Source of the DNA: Balanoglossus misakiensis
Taxonomy: Eukaryota; Animalia; Hemichordata
Reading direction: 5' to 3'
Assembly: GCA_040954595.2 (NCBI GenBank)
Contig: CM082591.2
Span: forward strand, 11,239,309-11,303,308
Length of the DNA stretch: 64,000 nt
The notes under the pieces were generated by a model, which was not told the origin of the DNA, made no database searches, and worked only from the letters and a program-made list of their open reading frames with translations. This document shows, in pieces, positions 52,301 through 61,300 of this stretch. Made by a program: the position numbers and the translations under genes. The first letter of the stretch is position 1. Every line of letters starts with the position of its first letter.

Positions 52301-55300
52301 ATTGCGGTTAAATAATCAAAAGATCGTGAAAGAAACAAAAACCAGAGGGGTGAGACAGTTGCTAATAGTATTTAGTTGTTCAGATATTGTGTCATTGTAG
52401 CTATTGGGTCTTTTGTATTAGTTGTGAATGAAAACTCGATCACTGAGCTGCGTAGAGCAAGTACGTTAACGCAGCCGAGGACATGAATAAGTAATAGGAT
52501 GTAAATATTAAAGTAATGAATATTAATGCCGACGATGAATATTTATGAGTGACCGGCAGTCTGAAATTACTTGGCAGAACCAAATAAGGACTTTGAGAAG
52601 AAAACTGAAATCGCACTCACCATTTTTGCAGCCATTTCCAGCTTCCCGCGACCGCGTTGAAAAAAGACCAGGCGCCAAGTAAGAAAAAAACCGTTGACAA
52701 AATGGCTTCTTCAAACTTTCCCCCGAATGACGTCATCGCCTGTAGAGGGCGCTACTTATGAAAGTGTGTATACCATTTCAACTTACTATTACATGTACTC
52801 AAAGTCTTGCCACGAAAAGTAAGAAAAAAAACGTTGACAAAATGGCTTCTTCAAACTTTCCCCCGAATGACGTCATCGCCTGTAGAGGGCGCTACTTATG
52901 AAAGTGTGTATACCATTTCAACTTACTATTACATGTACTCAAAGTCTTGCCACGATTTAAAAGATGAACTTTGTTGGGTGACGGCATGTAATCAGGATCA
53001 CTCGAAAAATCCGTAATTTCTCCACTGCGGCTTGATAGAAAATCTTTATCGTGAACGGAGTTGGCTGGACTCGTGCTTTGCAATTTTTCCTCTGTCCCGC
53101 TCTGACTTGTACTTTCTTCTGGACTCTGGCTGCCTGTACAATTGACGCGTTTTGCCCTCAGTCCACTTTCGGACAAAGCCTTAAATCGGATTTTGCACTT
53201 CAAATGTAGTGGTAAATAAACAAGACGTAATGCATTTATGGTGTTGTGGTCGTTTTCTATTATTTGAATGAGTCGATTTCAATTATCTGAAAAACCAGGT
53301 ATGCGAACAAAATCGCCCCTGCCCGTGAGTTCAGATAATCAGTGTTCCACTGTATATTGCCATGTTATTGTGGGCTCATACCGGAGAGATTAGACGGACA
53401 CAGGACATGTGTGTACAAGATAGACAGCCATGCTGCTTCTTTAGTGCTAACCGCATGCTCACGTGTTCAGCCTCATGCACAGCACATTTATACATAACTG
53501 TTAATACATAACATAATGTATATGGACTGTAACAAAGTGGCCACTATATAGAGGTGGCCACTAACACAGGTTTGACTGTAATATCTGTTATGTTGCCACG
53601 ACAGTCATTTACCTTTAACTTGATTATCCCGATGGAAAAAATATTCAAGTTTCCTTTCTCATATTCCCATATCAGTGGCAGAGTATGCCAGTATCAGTGT
53701 AAAATTTTGTTGACATACTAGTATTTGCTAAACGCTAAAGCCCAAGTAGCTTTTGCCTTTTTTTCAGTATTTTTCACCTGAAGAATTATCTCTAGTTCCT
53801 TGTTCTGCTCTGGATAGCTTTATGAAATGTTCAGTCTTTAGCTTCTCAACAAAACTTGTACATGAGTAATGGCCATTGTGAATATTAAGGATGTACGTTC
53901 AGTAAAATTGAAAGTATTGTCATTTTTTTCAAATGTGGATTTTTGGATTCTCCTTTGTATGTTTAATGAAAATCCGTATTAAAATATAGGGGTCACCGCG
54001 CTTGTTTTTGAAATACAGAGCCATGAATTTATTCGAAAAAAGAAGAAAACTGCTGACGCAGCATTTTCCACCAATGGTTTGTCTATGGGCAAAAATTTTA
54101 ACGCAATTTATCTCAAAATAGGGCGCGGTGACCCCTATATTTTATTTGACCAATGAATTTATATTTCCTGGACTGAGCTTTGTGTGAAATTTCGTGAAAA
54201 TGACAATAGTAGAAGTTTGTTTTCTAGCGATTATCAATGTAATCCTATGGGGAAAAGACGGGTGCGCGCAGTTTCCGGTTTATGTTCTGCGCGTACATCC
54301 TTAATGAACTCAGACTAGAATTTATTTTTCAACAATAACATTGCTGATCAATATATAGAACACCTTTGTTTGAAAACCAAACTCTGAGTAAATTCTTAAT
54401 GTTTTACAGAGTAGAATAAGGTATTACAGCTGATATCCAAAGGTAACGTTGGAGTTTAATTGACATTTTAATACTACTGTGTTTACTTATCAGCAGGTAT
54501 GCAGTCATCGATGCGAACAGGAGTGCAGTCAACACAACCGACAGTACCTAATGTGAGCGGCAGCAAGAATCCACCTGTCACCACTGGCACCAATGTTGTT
54601 CGAACTCTGACACAGCCACAAGTACATGTACAAAACCAGTCATTGGTATGTTATGTTATGAGCTGAGTTATAATACCCACCTATCCCTTTTGCCTGGCAA
54701 GCGACATTTTATCACTTTTCAGTATTTCAATAGAACTGCATTTGGTAAACTAACTTGTTACCTAACATGACATCAGAAGATGGTAGCTTGATGTCTTCAC
54801 TGAGGACATTGGATGACCAGCAGATAAAGATATTATTTACATTAATGACTATGTGTTATCACAGGCTAATACCGGTACTTCATTACCAATGGATCTGGAC
54901 ATACCAGTGCCCTCTACAGCTCAAGTGCAGCCAGTGAGACCCCAGCAGCAAGTTGATCAACAACAACAACAACAGAAAAGTGTTGTTTGGCGTGGAGCCT
55001 TGGAATGGCAAGAGGTATGTGTACAGCTTACATACAAATAACTAATTAACACATCTGACCAAGTCAAATGTGTTATTGCGGTTGGATCATATTGGATAGT
55101 CAGCATTTTTCCATGCGCACCAAAACGTAAAAAGTGCTGAACAAAACGTGTTGATGTTCTGTACAGATTTTAAGACCGTTTTGGAAGTTCTGATTTGTTA
55201 AAATGGAGCCAAAAGAAGAAGCAGAAATTTGATAGTTACCCAATTGCTACCCCCCTTAAACTAATTAAGCAATAACCCCACCACAGGCGGGTATACGCAA

Positions 55301-58300
55301 GAGAATTGAGTGTATACCCGACTGAGGCAGGGGTTATTGCTATTATATTATATCAACAATTGTTTTTGTGGCATATCAGTATCATTTTCTTACCGAAACG
55401 GCGTCAGAAAGAGAAATTTCGATCGTGAACCAACATGGCGACGCAATCACAGACAAATAGAAATTAAAGCTGCGAGCAGCATTGTCGGGCCCAAGCGCTG
55501 ATCTTGAATTATATATGCACAGTATGAATGAGAAGAAACAGAATTTTCTATCAGATGTATTATCTCATGACATAACAAGGACGTGTGTATTTTTGCTGCT
55601 TAAATAGGGTGAAGTAGGTCAAAGGTCACCTGAGGTCACCCAACATTTGGGCAATTTTTTTTTACCCATACTGGTCCATGTCCTACAAAAACCAAAACTC
55701 TAGCTCTATTGGTTCGCCTGTAATTAGGTATGTGCATATTTAATGAGGTCAGCAGGTGTCACAGGTGACCCAAAAATGTGGCTTTACATTTTGGTCCCAT
55801 CCTACCAAATGCCATGGCTGTATCTGCTCTGGATGCTGAGATATGCGAAAGTAGGTCAAAGGTCACCAGAGGTCACGCAACATTTGGGCAAAAAATTTTG
55901 ATCCCATACTGGTCTGTGTCCAACAAAAACCAAACCTCTACCTCTATTGGTTCGCCTGTAATTAGCTATGCACATAATTAATGAGGTCAGCAGAGGTCAA
56001 AGGGGTCATGAAAAGTAGCAAAATATTTTGATCACACACTAATCCACATGCATCAAAAACCAAAAGTCTAGCCCTATAGGTTAGCCTGGAATTAGATATG
56101 CTGAAATAATAACGTGTGATATGTAGGTCAAAGGTCATGTGAAAAATCGCCAAAAAATTGTAACATATTTTAGTCACATGACGATTGATATCCATAAAAA
56201 GAATTTGCATGCTATCAATTTTTAGACTAGAAAAAGGAATTTCAATTTTTCACTGCTTTTTACAAAATCCAATATGGCCGCCATAATCTTCGACCAATCA
56301 CAATGCTCTTTGCAAACTTGATAGACATCAGTGTAGTGACCATACTCCCCGAATCTTGCGACTCAGTCATCGCCCGTTCTGGAGAAGAAGATTTTTGGAG
56401 TTTAACTATGGTTTTTCGAAAATCCAATATGGCCGTCATAATCTTCGACCAATCACAATGATCTTCGCAAACTTGATAGACATCAGTTAGGTGACCACAT
56501 ACCCCAAACCCCGTGTCTCGGTTATCACCGGTTCTGGAGAAGAAGATTTTTGAAATTTAAGCCAGATTTCAGAAAAAAAATTGTAGCAAAAAAACTGCAA
56601 CATTTACAGCAAAATATCCAATTACAAAAATGATGGGTAGAAGGTAGTCTACCTGCATGCCAAATTTGAAGTCGATCTGACTTGTAGTTTCTGAGATCTG
56701 AGATTTGCATTTTTTCAGAAAATCCAATATGGCCACCAGGTCACGTGACTAATTAAGTATTCACAAGTCACTGCACATCTACTCATAGACCTTGACCACT
56801 GTAGCAAGTTTGAGCAGTGTACCTGCAGTAGTTTCAGAGATTTAGTTGGCCGAAGAATTGACACAAGAATAAAGAATTAAAAATTCCAACGAAACCAATA
56901 GGGCCCAAGCGCAAGCAAGCGCTTGGGCCCTAAAGACAGACTCGCAACGTGGCTTGTGCCTTTGATGTCTTGTCCGCCTCGGCAAACAATAGGCTTCAAA
57001 TGTGTCAGACCGCGAATATTTCCCAGAATACTTTGCAGTTGCATCATTATCGACAGCTACAGTACCTTGCTTCACACAGCTTTGCACTCAGGACTCGACT
57101 GAAACACTAATTCATGACGACCAAATTTAAGCACGTCAGAAGTTTTTTGAACACTTACAGGCTCACAGAACACGATTCAGCGAACCAGAATCTATTCCAA
57201 AAAATTCGAGATTGATGATCAAACCTTTTCAAATTTACGATCAAACACACTTATTATGTATTCATAAATTTTTCGTACAAACTATTAAAATGGTCAAACT
57301 TCCTCCGATTTTCACTGTCCACTCACCTTCAGTCTACAGCTGACTGACAACAACAACACTAACTTTCACAAAAACACTTTTGTTTTATAATCGGGAAATT
57401 TCCGGACATTGCCGAAGGAAATACATTCAGCAATCTTGGGACAAGCATCAGCTGGAGGGCTACAGCAGAGACATGCACTGAGCAATTAGGATATACTTCA
57501 CACCCTTTGACAATAGTGTTGCGAATCTGTCTTTTCTCTTCGTCCGTGATGCAATGCAATAATTTCCCTTTGTATGTCTTAACAAAGCAACCTTATGACA
57601 GGAGCAGATTAAGATAAATATTTTCATCTGGGAGATAAACTATATAAGTCCACTGTTACTTGGGATTTGAAACTCAATGATAATTTTGTTAGTGACATGC
57701 TCATGTTAGACAACCTACAACGCTTTGTATTCATTAATTCATTGCATAAGTAGAGGTGAAATATATAATTGTATGATTCATCCATCAAATCAGTTTTGGT
57801 AGTGTGTACTTGACTGTGCCTGAAGTTATTGAAACGCTTAATCAGTTTGAGAACTATATCAGTTGTGTTCTAGTGCCCTTGGCCTATGTTTTCACATTTT
57901 TGTTTTCTCTGTTTTTAGTCTTCCTGTGAAATTTTGTTTTTCAGAAACCTAGGGGTGCCTCTCAGGACCCTACTGCAAGAGTCACAAGATCAGTGGCTTG
58001 TAGTGTGATTGCATCTGCAACTGACAACTTACAGGCTGATAATTGGCCGACTAAGCTGGTCATGCAGCTTATCCCACAACAATTACTGGTATGTACACTC
58101 TTTTTTGTGGATAACATTGATTTTGACTGCGAGAGGCAGTATGTATCAATATTTTGTTGTCATGCATGAGGGCACTATTGCCAAATTTCATGTGAGAGGG
58201 CACTATCACTGGATGTTGCAAAGCAATTTTGCCAAATTTTAGAAGACTGGGTCACTCAATGTTACAACTTAAAAGCAATATTATCCACTTGGAAAAATCA

Positions 58301-61300
58301 AATCAAACAAAAAACTAGTAAAACTATGGAATAGACTTTGCCCACTTAGGGAATCTATATCTCATCAATGTTAACATACATGTAGCTGTATGCTGTGAGT
58401 TATGTAGGTGTCAATTTTTTCCCCACAGCAATCACTTGGTGCCATGTTTCGCAACTCACGCACTGTGGAGTTCCAGTTTATGAATAACAACCAGGAAGCA
58501 TACAGATCTCTCTTCAGAATAATGTCTGGAGGATTTGTAAGTATTGTCTTATAATTGCACTGTGAAATGAAGGATCATGTCAATTATACTGCCATACTGC
58601 AACCTAGGCTTTACATATTAAAGGGACAAAGTCTCCCTCTCGCTGCCCTTTTTTCCATTAATTATGTTCGATACAAAACACTGTTTATGTTAATGTACAT
58701 GTGGATATAGTGAATGAACGTTCAACCACACACACCTTCCATCCCATTTGTAGGATATGAGATAAAAATCTCGCCAAAATGAATAAATGGTAAACACTGA
58801 TTATTCATTTTGGCGAATTTTTCACTCTCGTGTCTGCAAGTGGGATGGAAGTTGTGTGAGGTTGAACGTTGATTCACTATATATCCACATGTAGAACGAC
58901 ATAAACAGTGTCTTGTATCAAACATAATTAATGGAAAAAGGGCAGCAAGAAAGAGACTTTGTCCCTTTAAAGGGTCACTGTCTGCAATTTCTATTTTTTT
59001 TAGCATTTTTGTTCTGTATATCAACTGCGCTTTCAAGTACAGTCAAACCTGTCTAACACCAAAGAGACTGAAGAAATTGCTCCGATTGCAGGTGTCCAAT
59101 TTAAAGGCGGAACTCCCGTATAAAAGCGCGAGAGCATGCGAGAGTTGGCATAATGGTGGGAGATTCAAACTCACTAACAACAGAACGGACGTTGTCCATA
59201 AAAGAGAGTAAATTTAGGTCTACCGATGATTTTTTTTGTCTCTTAATTCAGAAAGGAGTGCATGAGTTTATTTAGCACGACATCCGCGGTTTCGGGTGCA
59301 ATACAATTTGAAAATACTTTCGAAAACCGAAGATGAAATCATTTTGTCCCTGAGATATGACCGGTATATCGGTACGATTTTCAGTTTGAATTTGCGTGAT
59401 TGACGTATTATGCAAATCAAAATTGGGCACCATTGATACATTTTGGCGTTGATTGCAAAGTGTGCATGACCTGAAAATAGGGATATGATCATACCAAATT
59501 TATCACACATGAACATGCACACATCCATAAATTCGGTAGTTCTCTTCTTGGAAATTGTGTTGGTCCTGAAAAGGACCATTTGTATTTGTGTACCAACCGT
59601 ACAAAGTGAAGAGGGGAAAGCCTCATCAGTGCCATTTATGCCCAACGTAAGACACAGCGGGTAAATTCGGGTAGAGACCACGGACTAGCCAAGACTGCCT
59701 ATGTGTGGTAACACATTGCGACCAAAAACAAAATGCACAGGAGTTGACCGAATCTCCGGAAGCCGATGTGCTCATGGACACGGTGTTTACTTCGACGGCT
59801 GCTGCATCCGATAGACCGGCAGTGTCCCCCGCATCAAACTCGCCGGTAGCCGATACCACGCACGGTACTAACCCCCGCGGCAGCCAGGTGAACTTATGTG
59901 CCCCCGCCGGTCGATGACCAAAGCTCGGCAGAGAAAAATGCAGTGCTTTCTCCTGCTCTTCAGTGACCGCTATCTTGATAATTCGTGTCGACACGATAGA
60001 TTCAGCTGACAACACGTTCCGCGGGTACGTAAGAACTAGCTGGATCGCGTGGGTATAGAAATGTGTTTGCTTTTGGCGGGCGCGGGATGCCCATTTGAGG
60101 TCAATTGTTGTAACAATATATAGTTGCGTCAGAGCAAGCCACGCCCACATTTATTGATTTTTGCTCGGTAGGGCCCTACCGAGCGTTCCGCCTTTAAAGA
60201 GGTTCTTTCAACATGTCGTTCTATGTCAAAGGGTTTGAACAATGTCTTTGGAATAGACAGATTTTACTGTTTATGTGTACCAAGCATTTGTTACTGTTGA
60301 CAAACACATTAAAGTCTTGAATGCAGTTTTTAAACAATAATTGAGAAACAATTGTGAAAAGCTTTTCATCTTACTAGAAACCAGATTGATGTTTATTCAA
60401 GTTTGGCAGCAGCAAGCTTGGCAACACCTTGCAATATGTAAAACCCTTTTGATGAAACAATGATCTAGTGTTGTTAACCCTTAAAGTGCTTTAAAATTCT
60501 AAGGTAAACGACCCCCCAGGCCCAGGACTTTTTGCAAGTAACAACAAAATCTCGATGTCCCAAAATATTTTGCTCTAACTTCACAGAATTTCAAACAAAA
60601 GGAGTGACATTTTAAGATACAAAGGTATAAATATAAGTATGTAGACACACTGTCGAAAACACGGTCGCGCGCGTTCGACTGACCGCGACCGTGCGCGTAC
60701 ATCGCGTCCACAGCTCAATGCAGTTGGCTGGGTCCCGCGATCGCGCGCGCGACCACCCGCTCTCGACATCGGCTCCAAAGTCGTTGTCACGGTCGGGATT
60801 ACTATTAAATGGCCTTGATCGGTATAAAATTGTAGTCAATGAAACCCCCCAAAATTGTAATCATTGTTGAAGTCGCTGTCATGAAAATGTCCAGTGAAAA
60901 ATTTGCTGTCTTCCGGGTTTACAAAGTGAAGGAAGGACGCATACTGTCAAAGGTCACGTAATTAGGTCATGTCGATAACGCGATCGTTTTTCTCTGGAAC
61001 GTTCGACTGACATCATTTCCCGCCCAGAATAAATTAATTTATAATGAGTTTCATTCATCTACGACCCGAGTACGTCATTATTTTTACCATATATGGCACG
61101 AACTACAGATAAGCCTCGCCTATTTTCATGTGATTGACAACTGTACGTTGTCGTTGTATACACCGACATGGCCAGACAATGCGGACGTACCTGTCGGTCT
61201 ATACACCGACGCGACGCTTTGAGGGTTAACTTTGTGTACGTGATTTGCCTTACAGGCTGGATGTGTCCATTTCAACTCGCCTGCCCAATGTGATGTCAGA

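Larger units (their letters stand above)
46464..52635 (-). pseudogene. THAP-HTH-DDE (DDE_Tnp_4-like) transposase, disrupted
   Basis: Exons 52635-52621, 51942-51766 (+50966), 47785-46464. THAP CAVPRC..YHKFP..W..KIRRD|VCSLHF..AVP; FYTGF; [25 protein letters not shown]. One in-frame stop and frameshifts. Confidence 0.9.
41750..52768. mobile_element. ISL2EU-type (PIF/Harbinger-related) two-gene DNA transposon with ~490-bp TIRs
   Basis: Left arm 41750-43015 (minus two MITE insertions) is the reverse complement of 52281-52768; TA flanks; convergent YqaJ exonuclease and THAP-DDE genes inside. Confidence 0.88.
40424..53203 (-). pseudogene. Spliced Kolobok/Mutator-like transposase N-terminal remnant followed by a C3HC4 RING finger
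   Basis: Phase-1 compatible exons ~53203-52927, 41353-41231, 41129-~40760 (FYVGQS..INSIN..EGCHG|[37 protein letters not shown]), then RING CPIC..C..H..CSFC..CPVC at about 40500-40630. Confidence 0.65.
39956..53352 (-). mobile_element. TA-flanked element with CAGTGGAACAC TIRs enclosing a spliced transposase-like + RING remnant
   Basis: TA|CAGTGGAACACCAATTATCCGAAC...GTTCAGATAATCAGTGTTCCACTG|TA; TTATCCGAA subterminal repeats at the left end. Confidence 0.72.
39416..53578. mobile_element. Outer pogo/Tigger-type MITE, expanded to 14 kb by nested insertions
   Basis: TA|CAGTCAAACCTGT...ACAGGTTTGACTG|TA; subterminal GAGGTGGCC repeats. Confidence 0.75.
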
